A stretch of 64,000 bases of DNA from Candidatus Poribacteria bacterium. GTDB lineage: Bacteria > Poribacteria > WGA-4E > WGA-3G. Below the pieces are notes generated by a model that saw only the letters and a list, made by a program, of their open reading frames with translations, was not told the DNA's origin and ran no database searches. Where the stretch lies: the NCBI GenBank assembly GCA_965214095.1, contig OZ243938.1:2304001-2368000 (forward strand), given 5' to 3'. Positions 19,345 to 32,300 of the stretch are shown here, piece by piece. How positions within the stretch are numbered: position 1 is the first letter of the stretch; every line of letters starts with the position of its first letter. Made by a program: the position numbers and the translations under genes.

Positions 19345-20490
19345 ATGAAAGATTTTGCTTTTACAGGGGGAAGACCCGACCCATATACATTCCCTACCGA
19401 AGCATTGATTGAAGCAAGCGCAAAGGCACTACGGAAATTAGGAGGACAGTTAGTCAACTATCCAGGGGAATCTGGCTATCGAGGATTACGTGAATTGGCA
19501 TCTATGCGGTTTGAACGGAGAGAAGGTGTACCACTGCCAGTTGATAATACCTCTATTACCTCAGGTTCAATGCAGGCACTTGAATTAGTGTTGGGAACGT
19601 TCATAAAACCGGGAGACACGGTATTAACCGAGGAATTTACCTATAGTGGCACACTCGGAATTATGCGACACCTCAAAGCCAACATTGTCGGTGTACCGAT
19701 GGACTACATTGACGGAATGGATACAGACGCGCTTGAAGACAAATTGAAAGCACTTAAGCGTCAAAATGTCACGCCTTCTCTTATCTATACGACCTCTAAT
19801 CACCAAAACCCAACTGGTGCGATATTGTCGCTTGAAAGACGACACCGTATGCTTGAACTTGCTGAGGAATACGACACGCTCATTGTTGAAGATGACTGCT
19901 ATGGAGATATTGATTTTGTTCCGAATCCAACACCCGCTTCACTCTTTAAGTTAGACACAACAAATCGGGTTATTTTTATTGCAACATTCTCAAAGATTCT
20001 GGGTGCAGGTGTACGTCAAGGTTATTTCGTTGCAAATCAACCCTATTATGGTATGATACATCAAAACCGATGGGATGGTGGCACGAGTGCACTTGCCAGT
20101 GCGATTGTTGCAGAATTTTTCATGGAACATCTTGATGCACATCTTGAAAAGACAAATGCTGCTGTTGGGACAAAGTGTCAAGCCGTGATAGATACCCTTG
20201 AACATCACGTCAGTGATATATGCACGTGGACAAAACCGCGAGGTGGACTTTTCCTATGGATAGATTTACCCGAGACAACCGATATGCAGAAGTTGAGTGA
20301 ATTGGCATCAGCGAAAGGCGTTGGATATAGCAACGGTAGTGCATTCCACTATGCAGGTGATCCAGTCAAAGCAATCCGATTAGCGTATGCGTATTGTCAT
20401 ATAGATGATGTGGCAGAAGGAATTACTTATCTCTCCGAAGCAATTCAAGGAGCACAGGTTGCAACTGTTGATGCGGCTGCAGCTGATTAA
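19345..20490 (+). CDS. PLP-dependent aminotransferase class I/II
   Basis: HQNPTG, EDDCY, TFSKILG. Confidence 0.9.
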   Translation: MKDFAFTGGRPDPYTFPTEALIEASAKALRKLGGQLVNYPGESGYRGLRELASMRFERREGVPLPVDNTSITSGSMQALELVLGTFIKPGDTVLTEEFTYSGTLGIMRHLKANIVGVPMDYIDGMDTDALEDKLKALKRQNVTPSLIYTTSNHQNPTGAILSLERRHRMLELAEEYDTLIVEDDCYGDIDFVPNPTPASLFKLDTTNRVIFIATFSKILGAGVRQGYFVANQPYYGMIHQNRWDGGTSALASAIVAEFFMEHLDAHLEKTNAAVGTKCQAVIDTLEHHVSDICTWTKPRGGLFLWIDLPETTDMQKLSELASAKGVGYSNGSAFHYAGDPVKAIRLAYAYCHIDDVAEGITYLSEAIQGAQVATVDAAAAD

Positions 20491-20528
20491 TTTCAACACA
20501 CTGAAAATATAACCTCACGGAGGAGAAT

Positions 20529-21899
20529 TTGCGTAATATCATCCTATTCTCATTAGACACGCTACGTGCATCAAGTATGAGTTGTTATGGACACAAACAC
20601 CTGACAACACCACATCTTGACGCACTTGTATCAAAGGCAACGCTATTTGAAAGTTGCATCAGTCCACATATACCAACTCACCCTGCACATACCACGATGT
20701 TCACTGGCAAAGATGTACTGACACACCAAGTTATAACCCAAGGTGGACAGGTCAATCTATCTGAGAATATTAAAACACTTCCAGAGTTGCTCAGTGAAGC
20801 AGGTTATTTTACAGTGGCAGCAGACAATTTGGGTCGTTGGTTTCAACGCGGTTTTCCAGACAATCAATATCGCGGCTATCAGTGGGAAAGCCGATATCAA
20901 AATGCTCGCAAGGCAGAAGCAGTAAATAATACAGCGATAGAATTGTTAGAACTCGCGCAATCGCAAGATAAACCGTGGTTTGCATTTCTACATTATTGGG
21001 ATCCACATACACCTTATCTGCCACCACTGCCATTTGAACGCATGTTTTATAGTGGAGATGAATGTGATCCAAATAATAGAAGCATGGATGCCGTATACGC
21101 CTGTGAACCGTTTACCGATTATTTTCGTCAGTGGATGTGTAAACCGGACCCTGATGACCCCGATAATATTGAGAAGAAACGGCTATGGACAGACATAAAT
21201 TATGTGAACTCACAATACGATGCTTCAATCGCATATATGGATGCGTCATTGGCACAACTCTTTCAATACCTACAGGACAACGAACTGATGGATGATACGC
21301 TTTTAGTAATTACTGCTGATCACGGTGAGGAACTTGATGAACACGAACTGTGGTACGACCACCACGGCTTGTATCAGACAAATTGCCATATTCCACTGAT
21401 ACTGCACTGTCCGAATGTAATCCCAAAAGGACAACGGCTTGATGGATTAGTTACATTGAAGGATATCGCACCCACTGTGTTGGATTATGCTGGAAAGTCC
21501 ACACTATCAGAACGTGAAAAGATGGAGGGCACAAGTCTACGCAAATTGGTAGAAAATGGAGCCGATGAAGGCTCGTGTGATGCAATTTACCTCACAGAGT
21601 GTGGATGGATGAAAAAACGAGGATGGCAAACACGTAAATGGAAACTAATTGTTGAAACAGGCGGAACACCCGAAGTCTACAACAAACCTGACATTGAACT
21701 CTATGATCTGGAAGAAGACCCCGATGAAATATACAATCTGGCTGAAGAGGCAGAAGATATCGTAACACAACTAAAAAATGAAATGAATGAATACTTAAAA
21801 CGAAGATTGACTGAAACTGGATTGCCAGATCCCACAGATGAACAAGACATTACAATGCGGCGGATAGGAGATAAATCAAAAGCGGTACCACTACCATAA
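20529..21899 (+). CDS. Sulfatase-like alkaline-phosphatase-superfamily hydrolase (Thr at nucleophile position)
   Basis: LDTLRA, PTHPAHTTMFTG, HYWDPHTPY, TADHGE, ELYDLEEDP. Confidence 0.85.
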   Translation: MRNIILFSLDTLRASSMSCYGHKHLTTPHLDALVSKATLFESCISPHIPTHPAHTTMFTGKDVLTHQVITQGGQVNLSENIKTLPELLSEAGYFTVAADNLGRWFQRGFPDNQYRGYQWESRYQNARKAEAVNNTAIELLELAQSQDKPWFAFLHYWDPHTPYLPPLPFERMFYSGDECDPNNRSMDAVYACEPFTDYFRQWMCKPDPDDPDNIEKKRLWTDINYVNSQYDASIAYMDASLAQLFQYLQDNELMDDTLLVITADHGEELDEHELWYDHHGLYQTNCHIPLILHCPNVIPKGQRLDGLVTLKDIAPTVLDYAGKSTLSEREKMEGTSLRKLVENGADEGSCDAIYLTECGWMKKRGWQTRKWKLIVETGGTPEVYNKPDIELYDLEEDPDEIYNLAEEAEDIVTQLKNEMNEYLKRRLTETGLPDPTDEQDITMRRIGDKSKAVPLP

Positions 21900-22007
21900 C
21901 CTAAATTACAACATGATAGGTGAATACACATCGGGGAGACATGTTGTTACGTACTAAGTTGACACCAATGGTGCCAGCTTAAGTCAAGAACACAAAAAGG
22001 AAAAAAG

Positions 22008-23135
22008 ATGAACAATAGGAACCGGACTTTACAAATCAAAAGTAGAGAAATCATTATATTACTTGTTCTCTCCGTAGTAAGCTCTCTAATTATCGGGTGT
22101 GCTGCACTGCAAGAAGCACAAGAGAAAAGAGAGAAACGTATGCAGGAAAAACGTCAGGGAAACCACTTTTTGCTATCTGCGTCTAAGTCAACTATTAATG
22201 TTGATCCGACTCCGGTAGATGACAAACCCCACGGAGAAAGTGACCACTATACATTAAAGTTTGCAGATGATCTGATGGCTTTAGATAATTATGATGAGGC
22301 ATCAGAACGTGAGGTATTTGCAAAAAGTGCACTCGTATATATGGAGAGTCTATATGATTCAATGCATAATATTTTCGGGTTTAAACCTAAACATAAAATC
22401 CACGTGACACTTTACCAATTATTCAGAGGTTCCAATAGGCATGCAATCACTGGAACTCAGTATCGCTACGGGAACAACATTAAATTTGTAACTGGGATTG
22501 AAATGCATTTCCCAATGGATATGTATGAGAAACACGAAGTACGGGTGCATGAATTAACGCATGCATTTACTAATATCTATTTCTTACCTACGTGGTTTAA
22601 CGAAGGTGTCGCTGTATTGATGCAAAAAGAATATGCAAAGGGAGGTATGTTTACTAAATATGACAATCTTGAACTGCATCTGAAGAAGGATCTCAATGGA
22701 ATAAATGAATTAGAAAATTGGGACGGACATGGAGCAGGAGGACCCTTGACGCAGTGGCGATACGCTTATGCTTATAGCGTTGTGTCAGAATTACGAGAAA
22801 AATATGGGAACCAACTTTACATCAAGGTTTTTGAATTAATGGAAAAGGATCAACTACATCAAAAACTGATAGGAGCAATGCCAACAAGTTTTCTCGTCTA
22901 CTATATGAGCCAGGCAGCAGGAAAGGATTTAGTGCCATTTTTTCAGAATTTAAAATTTAATGTACGCAAATTGGAAAAAACAGATATTCTGGAATATATA
23001 AAACAGTTAAATGTTCAAAACACGGGGGACATTGATGTATACAAACAAACTTGGCGACAATCGACATTATTTTTTGATGATATTATTACTTCCGATTTTA
23101 CTTACTGCTTGTGTAGTCAGTCAGCAGTGGAGTGA
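22008..23135 (+). CDS. Lipoprotein with gluzincin (peptidase MA-like) domain
   Basis: IIGC lipobox; HELTH...WFNEG. Confidence 0.7.
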   Translation: MNNRNRTLQIKSREIIILLVLSVVSSLIIGCAALQEAQEKREKRMQEKRQGNHFLLSASKSTINVDPTPVDDKPHGESDHYTLKFADDLMALDNYDEASEREVFAKSALVYMESLYDSMHNIFGFKPKHKIHVTLYQLFRGSNRHAITGTQYRYGNNIKFVTGIEMHFPMDMYEKHEVRVHELTHAFTNIYFLPTWFNEGVAVLMQKEYAKGGMFTKYDNLELHLKKDLNGINELENWDGHGAGGPLTQWRYAYAYSVVSELREKYGNQLYIKVFELMEKDQLHQKLIGAMPTSFLVYYMSQAAGKDLVPFFQNLKFNVRKLEKTDILEYIKQLNVQNTGDIDVYKQTWRQSTLFFDDIITSDFTYCLCSQSAVE

Positions 23136-23649
23136 AAACTACGCACTTGTGGACGGTGTTAAGGCAAACGATCCTGTTATTGTCGATGGAAATCTTAATA
23201 CCATTGGACAATCACAGCTGAAAAAGGGATCAGGAAGTTTAGACCTTGACAGATGGCAAAACTCTGAATCTATCATTATATTACCGGAAAAGAAAAAAAT
23301 CTATCGAGTGACAATTCATTCTTCAAATCTGCAAGATTTTCAACTGTTGGCTCTTAATTCACAAGCTGAATGGGATGTGATACATGACCAGCAGCATAAT
23401 AAAGCGAAAGTGATTGATGTCCATCTCAAACGTTCTGTAATAACGGATGGTATCAAATTGCTTGTGCGGGAAACAACTGATGATAAAGCCCGCCGACGTC
23501 AAAATTCCAAGATAGAACGTGAAAATGAAGTGACATCCGATGGCAAAGTCCGCAAAGGTGAATATGTCTATAAAATCACAGGTCCTCAAACGGCTCCAGC
23601 AAAGATTGCAGAGATAAAGTTGTTCGGTTATGCTGATGCAGCACAATAA
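23035..23649 (+). CDS. Hypothetical lipoprotein, possible discoidin-like fold
   Basis: LTAC lipobox; DGNLNT and IAEIKLFG termini. Confidence 0.6.
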   Translation: MYTNKLGDNRHYFLMILLLPILLTACVVSQQWSENYALVDGVKANDPVIVDGNLNTIGQSQLKKGSGSLDLDRWQNSESIIILPEKKKIYRVTIHSSNLQDFQLLALNSQAEWDVIHDQQHNKAKVIDVHLKRSVITDGIKLLVRETTDDKARRRQNSKIERENEVTSDGKVRKGEYVYKITGPQTAPAKIAEIKLFGYADAAQ

Positions 23650-23657
23650 CATTTGGA

Positions 23658-24845
23658 ATGCAGTCAAATCGTATCCAAAAATTCATCGACAGATATGTCG
23701 GTATTCCAACCGTCTTATTGTTGTTTCTAATAAAGAGGATTTTTTCTTTTCTCAGAAGGACTGTCAAACTCCAAAATCAAGGATTGAGAAATACGAGTGT
23801 AGTCGGTTTCACTTCTGATAATCCTAAGAAAATTCTGTTCATTCAACTCTCCGCATTGGGTGATACAATCTTAGCAATACCTACCGTGCATGCTTTACGG
23901 AAGTATTTTCCGCAAGCAGAAATATCCTTCTTGGCATCACCAACGAATTTGACATATTTACAACATTGTCCATATATTGACAGACAGATTGAGTTCCGGT
24001 ACCCTCTACACCAGATGATTCGGACGCTTCGAAAAGACAGATTTGATTGTGTAATTGATCTGGAGCATTGGTCTCGGTTTAGTGCCATCCTTGCGTATGC
24101 AACTGGAGCACCGCATCTCATGGGTTTCAATGCTGCATGTCAATATAGACACTATCTATTCTCTGACATTGTTCAACATATCCCTGGTAAGCATGAAGTG
24201 CTTAACTTTCTGAGTATTGCGCAGCTGATGCGATGCGATACAGAGGATACAAGTCTTGCGGTTTGGATTGATGAAACAGAACGTGAGTGGTGTCGGAATC
24301 TATTAGCACAGGAACACATTATCCCATCTGATATGCTAATCGTGCTACATCCAGAAGCAGGTCGGCGCGGCGAGCCACGTCGGCGGTGGCTATTGGATCA
24401 CTATGTTGAGTTGATAGACACATTGTCTGTCCGATATGATGCACAAATTGTGCTAACGGGTGCTCCCGATGAAATAGATGTATCGGAATGGATTGATGAG
24501 CGGACGAAGTGTAAAGTAGTCAACCTATCGGGGAAAACGAAGGTAAATCAACTTGCAGCAGTGTTTGCTCGTGCGGATCTGGTGATTAGTGGGAATTGCG
24601 GTCCGATGCATCTCGCTGCAGCTACTGAAACACCTGTCATTGCTATTCACGGACCGACGAATTCTGACCAATGGGGTCCGTGGTCTGATAAGTCAACACG
24701 TCTTGAAGCAACATTGCCATGCAGCCCGTGTCTCAATTTGGGATTTGAGTATGCATGTCAGGCATTACCTGATGGCACATCTCCCTGTATGCAGACTATT
24801 CCAGTGTCCGATGTGCTGAAGGCATGTGAAACGTATTTAGGATAG
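23658..24845 (+). CDS. Glycosyltransferase family 9 (heptosyltransferase-like)
   Basis: SALGD, GPMHLAAA, HGPT...WGP, CSPC. Confidence 0.9.
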   Translation: MQSNRIQKFIDRYVGIPTVLLLFLIKRIFSFLRRTVKLQNQGLRNTSVVGFTSDNPKKILFIQLSALGDTILAIPTVHALRKYFPQAEISFLASPTNLTYLQHCPYIDRQIEFRYPLHQMIRTLRKDRFDCVIDLEHWSRFSAILAYATGAPHLMGFNAACQYRHYLFSDIVQHIPGKHEVLNFLSIAQLMRCDTEDTSLAVWIDETEREWCRNLLAQEHIIPSDMLIVLHPEAGRRGEPRRRWLLDHYVELIDTLSVRYDAQIVLTGAPDEIDVSEWIDERTKCKVVNLSGKTKVNQLAAVFARADLVISGNCGPMHLAAATETPVIAIHGPTNSDQWGPWSDKSTRLEATLPCSPCLNLGFEYACQALPDGTSPCMQTIPVSDVLKACETYLG

Positions 24846-24863
24846 ATAATATTGCATGAGGTT

Positions 24864-25001
24864 TATAGTGAAATGTAAAAATACGTACACACTCCACGGT
24901 AGATGCGGTTTCCTAACCGCATCTATGAGACTGAACTAACACTGGTTCGGTTAGGAAACCGAACCTACCGTCGTGTATAAATAATTATGGTTTTTACTAT
25001 A
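24864..25001. mobile_element. TATAGT...ACTATA MITE containing an inverted REP doublet
   Basis: Uninterrupted counterpart (reverse orientation) of the layer-2 element at 51660-53495. Confidence 0.8.
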
Positions 25002-25008
25002 ATTGACC

Positions 25009-25052
25009 AAAAAAAGCAATCGGACTGATGTTCAATCTGTCCGATTGCTTTT
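25009..25052 (-). terminator. groEL intrinsic terminator
   Basis: AAAGCAATCGGAC...GTCCGATTGCTTT stem with a U7 tract on the minus strand. Confidence 0.75.
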
Positions 25053-25120
25053 CAAGTCTGTTCTCATAAACTTTATAGGCAGAATAGATCTGCTTTATGT
25101 TTATGCGATGATTTCTATGA

Positions 25121-26758
<1,638 letters not shown>

Positions 26759-26766
26759 TTATTTAC

Positions 26767-27057
26767 TTAGTTAACCTTGGCTAAGATATCATCTTCGCGC
26801 AAGATGAGAAATTCAATGTTATCGTAGGTTACTTCGGTACCGCCATATTTTGCGAACAGGACTTTATCGCCGATTTCAACATCAACAGCCTGTCGTTCTC
26901 CACTATCAAGGATGCGACCTTTTCCGACCGCAACGACTTCGCCTTCTTGAGGCTTTTCTTTGGCTGTGTCGGGGATGATAATCCCGCCACTGGTTTTCTG
27001 TTCATCCTCTTCGGAACGTTTTACGAGGATTCGATCACCAAGGGGTATAAGTGCCAT
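26767..27057 (-). CDS. groES: Co-chaperonin GroES
   Basis: [22 protein letters not shown]. Confidence 0.99.
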   Translation of the reverse strand: MALIPLGDRILVKRSEEDEQKTSGGIIIPDTAKEKPQEGEVVAVGKGRILDSGERQAVDVEIGDKVLFAKYGGTEVTYDNIEFLILREDDILAKVN

Positions 27058-27158
27058 ATTGATTCACTCCTCCTAAATGAATTGTGAACGTAACTATGAG
27101 TTTTGTTAGACAAAACTTGTTTAGATATTTCTATACATTTCTATACGCTAAACAATAT

Positions 27159-27175
27159 AGCAAGATATGTGCCAA
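27159..27175 (-). promoter_or_regulatory. Sigma-54 (-24/-12) promoter of groESL
   Basis: Minus strand TTGGCAC-ATATC-TTGCT matches TGGCAC-N5-TTGC(A/T), about 100 nt upstream of groES. Confidence 0.75.
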
Positions 27176-27342
27176 TTCGCGAAATAGTAGGTGGACTCTC
27201 AATTGGTGGGTTTTATTGAAGATTCTATCCTATCCGAAATCGTGACAATTTGTCCACTCCTATTAATATTTGATTGGTAAACGTGTCATTTTGACATAGT
27301 TGAATTGTCGTTATCTGAAACAACAATAAGATGTACGAGTCG

Positions 27343-28329
27343 TTATGCGCATTTGATAACCTGTCCGGTTTTGGCAGATCGGTATGCTGCATCTATAATT
27401 ATATTTGCACTCAAACCGTCGTTGCCACTTGCAAGTGGCGACATACGTGAAGTGACACATTCTGTGAAATGCTCAAATTGGAGTTGATATAGGTCTTCGA
27501 ATTCTGATGCAATGACCTCTTTTTCTCCATCAAAGCTTGTATGGATTTTCCAACCGTCATCGTTTAGAACGGTTACTGTTCCCTCTGTGCCGTAAAGTTC
27601 AAGAACGATGTCGCACTGTGCTGCTGAGAAACTGAGATCTGTGAAGGCTTGTGCGCCATTCTGAAACCGCATTAAGATACCACCCGTTTCTTCTACCTCA
27701 TAGTTATAGATAGGACTGCCACAAAATGCCGTCACTTCTGCAACTTCACCAATGAGATAACGTAACATATCAACGCTGTGGGGTCCCAAGTCCATCATAC
27801 ATCCACCGCCACCTTGTTCTGGTATTGCGCGCCATTCGTCAGCAGCTAATAGATATTTTTTAAGGAATGGCATCCTACCGTGGACTATATGTCCAAGACG
27901 ATTTGTTTCAACCCACGCTTTTATCTGTTGAAAGCAGGAGTGGAATCGGAAAAGGAAACAGACCTGTAAATGAACGTCATTGGCATCGCAAGCTGCGATC
28001 ATCTTTTCGCATTCTTGGGGATTGAGAGCCATCGGTTTGTCGCATAAAATATGTAGTCCGCGTTCTGCGGCGGCAACGACTTGTTCACAGTGCAGATTGA
28101 CAGGCGTTGAGATGTAGATTGCATCAAGGTCAGTGTCGGCGAGTAAGTCGTCTACACTGCTGTATGCTTTTGTAGCATCATGTTCATCAGCCAGTTTTTG
28201 CGCGCGCGTTGCATCTCGTGAAAAAAGGGCATGTAGTTTTGCACCTGTAGCTTTTTGGATCGCCGGCATTGCACGGCGTTGTGCAACACTGCCAGCACCG
28301 AGAACACCCCATTTTAATGTCATTTGCAT
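27343..28329 (-). CDS. Gfo/Idh/MocA family oxidoreductase
   Basis: WGVLGAGSVA, HILCDKP, GGGCMMDLGPH. Confidence 0.9.
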   Translation of the reverse strand: MQMTLKWGVLGAGSVAQRRAMPAIQKATGAKLHALFSRDATRAQKLADEHDATKAYSSVDDLLADTDLDAIYISTPVNLHCEQVVAAAERGLHILCDKPMALNPQECEKMIAACDANDVHLQVCFLFRFHSCFQQIKAWVETNRLGHIVHGRMPFLKKYLLAADEWRAIPEQGGGGCMMDLGPHSVDMLRYLIGEVAEVTAFCGSPIYNYEVEETGGILMRFQNGAQAFTDLSFSAAQCDIVLELYGTEGTVTVLNDDGWKIHTSFDGEKEVIASEFEDLYQLQFEHFTECVTSRMSPLASGNDGLSANIIIDAAYRSAKTGQVIKCA

Positions 28330-28404
28330 TACTCCGTTATTGATAGTTATTTGTCTAAACTAGTGTTTTGTCTACACTAACATTGTGGGTATGTAAAAAA
28401 TACT

Positions 28405-29229
28405 TTAGCCAATTAATAGATGTATACCAGTTGCGAACAGGACGATTAGGACAATTCTGGAGAAATTGCGTTCTGAAAAACGACTGTTTAGGTATACACC
28501 AACCTGCACACCGAGTGCAACAAACGGGAGAAGTACCAATGCCTCAATAATGATATCCCAAGAAAATAATCCGAGTTGGTAATAAGCAGGAATCTTTGTT
28601 AGATTGATAAAAAAGTAAAGTAGTGTTGTTGTTCCTACGAATGTGCGATTGCCTAATCTTTGTGGTAGAAGATACATGATGATTACAGGACCAGCCATGT
28701 GCGCGAGTGTTGAGAAAATCCCTCCGAGCGTGCCTAATAACACACCGTGCCAGGCTTTAAATTCTAATGCAGGTGTTTCATCAGTGGCATCTGGATTTAA
28801 GTGTTTTGTTATTCTTCCCCGTAGAAATTCTATGACAGCAAACAGACAAGCAATCCCACCGATTATCTTCTTAAGTTGTACATCAGTTAAGTCTTTTAGG
28901 ATGAGACTTGCAAGGACAATGCCAACGATTGCACCGGGAATCAGTCTCCAAATGCTTTGACGATGCCACTGTTTCCAGTAGTGTCCCAGCGAGATAATAT
29001 CTGTTGAGAAGAGTAAGAGTAGCATGAACGGAAGCACATTACGAGGAGACCGGAATTCTGTGAAGAGTGGTACGACTATCATACCGATTCCGCCACCGAA
29101 GCCTGCTTTGCTTACACCCGTTAACCATGTTCCAAAACAAAAAATTATGATTTCGTAGATATAGATTTCTCCTGATTGTACTTTTTCTATAGTGCCGTTT
29201 ATGATAACGGATTGTGATGGATTTGTCAA
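28405..29229 (-). CDS. TauE/SafE sulfite-exporter family membrane protein (start uncertain, possibly 29160)
   Basis: GVSKAGFGGG, HMAGP, about 8 TM helices. Confidence 0.85.
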   Translation of the reverse strand: MTNPSQSVIINGTIEKVQSGEIYIYEIIIFCFGTWLTGVSKAGFGGGIGMIVVPLFTEFRSPRNVLPFMLLLLFSTDIISLGHYWKQWHRQSIWRLIPGAIVGIVLASLILKDLTDVQLKKIIGGIACLFAVIEFLRGRITKHLNPDATDETPALEFKAWHGVLLGTLGGIFSTLAHMAGPVIIMYLLPQRLGNRTFVGTTTLLYFFINLTKIPAYYQLGLFSWDIIIEALVLLPFVALGVQVGVYLNSRFSERNFSRIVLIVLFATGIHLLIG

Positions 29230-29388
29230 GATGGAATTGGTTCCTGTCAGGTGTATTCAATTGTCAAAATTCAGAAAACACAGAATCTTGACAATTGAAT
29301 GCCTTTGGAATAAATCCCAATTAATATTGACAATAATTTGAAAATTTGTTACACTAAAACAAGTGAAATCAACTATTTGAGGATATAT

Positions 29389-32300
29389 ATGAGGAACTGG
29401 ATTTATATTGTTATATTATTATTAGTTTTTTGTGGAAACATACCAATTAGTTACGCAGCAGACGGTGAGAAAAAGTTAGGGTTATCAGATGCAGCAATTC
29501 AGATAAGAGATGAAGTATCTATACGCAACATTCGGAAAGACCTTGCACGTTTATCAAGTTTAGAGTCTCGTGTTACAGGTTATCCGCAAGCAGCAAATGG
29601 CAGTAAGTATATCTTTGACCGTTTCGTTGAAATGGGGTTAAAGAATGTTGAAAGTCGTGAATTTACTGTCACCGTGCCTATTGACTACGGTAACAGTGCT
29701 ATTGAAATCCTGTCTTCTGATGGCAATGTACTGCAGACCTATTCACTCAAGTCGTTGTGGCCAAATCTTGTTCGCACATCCCTCCTTACCGATGGTGTCA
29801 AACATACTGTTGCGGCAGGTGAAACCCTCAAAATAATCGCAGAAAACTATGCTGTCTCCCTGACAGACATTACGGAGAATCCTCATAACCAATACCTACC
29901 GTCGCCTATCGTAGAAGGTAACACAGTATTCATTCCAACGGGTGGTCTCACCGGTCCGTTGCTTTACGGTGATGATTCACAACTGGCAGATTTCAACGGA
30001 ACTAACGTTGGTGGATTCTGGTATGAACTCCAAGAGGGTGATTCACTTGTTTCACTTGCCAGACGATTTCGCGTTACGCAAGCAAGTATAACTGATGATG
30101 TACTTAACGGTCATCTTCAGAAAGCTTCTGATGGTATTGACAACGATGAAGATGGCACTATTGACGAGTATGGCGAAATCCCGCTGTTATCAGAAATTCT
30201 TGGTTGGGCAACAGATGGTATTGACAACAATGCAGATGGATGGACAGATGAAATTCCTGGCGATGATACTGATGGTATTGATAACAATAAAGATGGACAG
30301 ATTGACGAAACTGGGGAATTCATAGCAGCAGGTGAATCCCATATATTCATTCCAAAAGGTGCTATTGTCCTCGCTGAGTTTAACTCTGGAACTCGGTGGA
30401 TAAACGCTGCGATGTTAGGAGCATCCGCTGTTATCTTTATTGAACCTGAAACAACAATACGTGGAGAAGCAGAAAACAAGTTTCTTACCGTTCCCGCTAA
30501 TATCCCACGGTTTTGGGTATCTAAAACAGATGCTGCCCAATTGAAAGAGATCCTTGCGAATGAAGAGGAAGTGAATGTCCGTTTACGTGGTAAAATGAAA
30601 TGGGAACGACGTGTTGGACAAAACATTCGTGGATTCTTAGAAGGCGGTGATCCAGTTTTACGCGACGAATTGGTTGTTCTCACTGCGTATTATGATGCTA
30701 TGTCTGTTGTTCCCGCTATCGCTCCTGGTGCCGACCCAACTTGTGGCATTGCTGTGCTGATGGAACTTGTGCGATTGTTCGGACAACCAGAATACCGTCC
30801 GGGTCGTTCCGTCCTATTTGTCGCTGTTGATGCACATTTCCAAGGTTTGGCTGGCATGCGTGCATTTATGGAAGGTATCGGACAAGATATTGTCGGATCG
30901 GCAATAGACTCACCGGGAACACCTACGCTGCAAGGTCTAAGACGAGGACTGTCCACAGATATAATTGAATTTGAAGAATTAGGTCGCAAACTCTTGCTCT
31001 CAATTGATCGCACAGTTTTGGTTGACCTTGACGCGGATTTCTACCACGGTGTGCACGGTGTCAAGGATGACCTCGATTCGCTTTCTACAACACTTGAAGG
31101 ACTCTCATCAACGCGCGCACAGATTGATGTGCTACACAGGGCACAACGCGATTTTTCTGAACGTCAGAAAAAAGATGCTGAACGAAACCGAAAACGCGAA
31201 AAACAAGGATTCACTGAAGAGGAGAAATCAAGACTTGATGCAAATCTCGTCCGTTTTGAGAAGGAAGCACTGCAAACTACACACTTCCTCCGACAGATTG
31301 TTAACAGACTTGGACAGATACGGACATCCGCATTGGTAACAAGCAAGAAAGCACAACAAGAACTAATTGCAGATATTGCCCTACCGATTGCACGCTTGGA
31401 TACATGGGCAGTGGATAGATTAATACGCGAACTTGAGACAAAAGAGATAAGTGATAAATACGGCACACACCCGAATTTTTCCTACCTATTGCCTGTAAAG
31501 AACGGTACCGATTATCAAGTGCCAACACCAGACGATCTCCCTTCAGAATTGAATGCTGAAATTGAGAACTTGAACAGCACCTTAGCGAACTGGGAAATGA
31601 GTGACACACGGAAGTTTGCTTTGATGTGGACACCTGACAAAATTCTTGATCGTCATTTAGACCTGCCGACTCTCAGAAAAGCACGAGATGCGCGAAAAAC
31701 TCTGGCAAATACAACGGAAACCGAGGAAGCAATAATCTCACGAGAACGTGCATTACTCCAAAAAGTTCAAGAAAATATCAACGACAACACCCCTACAGAA
31801 AATCAGATTAAAGATGCTATCACTAAATTAGGTACTGACCGCCTTAACGATTTACCGACTGAAATAGCATCTCAGTATCTTACAGTATCAACACAAGAAC
31901 GTATTGAGAGAATAAATGCGCAGCTACGTCAACGTTTAACTGAAGCAGAAGCAGCAGATGTTGTTAGTGAAAGTGAAGACGGTCTAATCAAAGATTTGGC
32001 ACGTGATAAACAAGGAATATTTGAAATAGCATTACGGAATGCACGTTTAGAACAGGAACGTATCCAAAATCTATTGGAAACCCACGACACCCTTACACGC
32101 GTATATCTGGATGAAGAGTTGTTGATTCTGCAAAGTCACCTGTCAAGTGAAGAATTAGAACAGGCAAAAGACGCACGTAAACGTCTCGCGGCATATCTTA
32201 CTGAGGCACAAATACTTCAAGCGGTCAAATTGAAAACCGCTGCTGATGTCATCGCTCTTGACAATCTCGTAGAAAAACTCCCAACACTAACATCGGATTT

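Noticed and set aside
27058-27340. CIRCE operator upstream of groES
   Set aside because: No TTAGCACTC-N9-GAGTGCTAA match was found.
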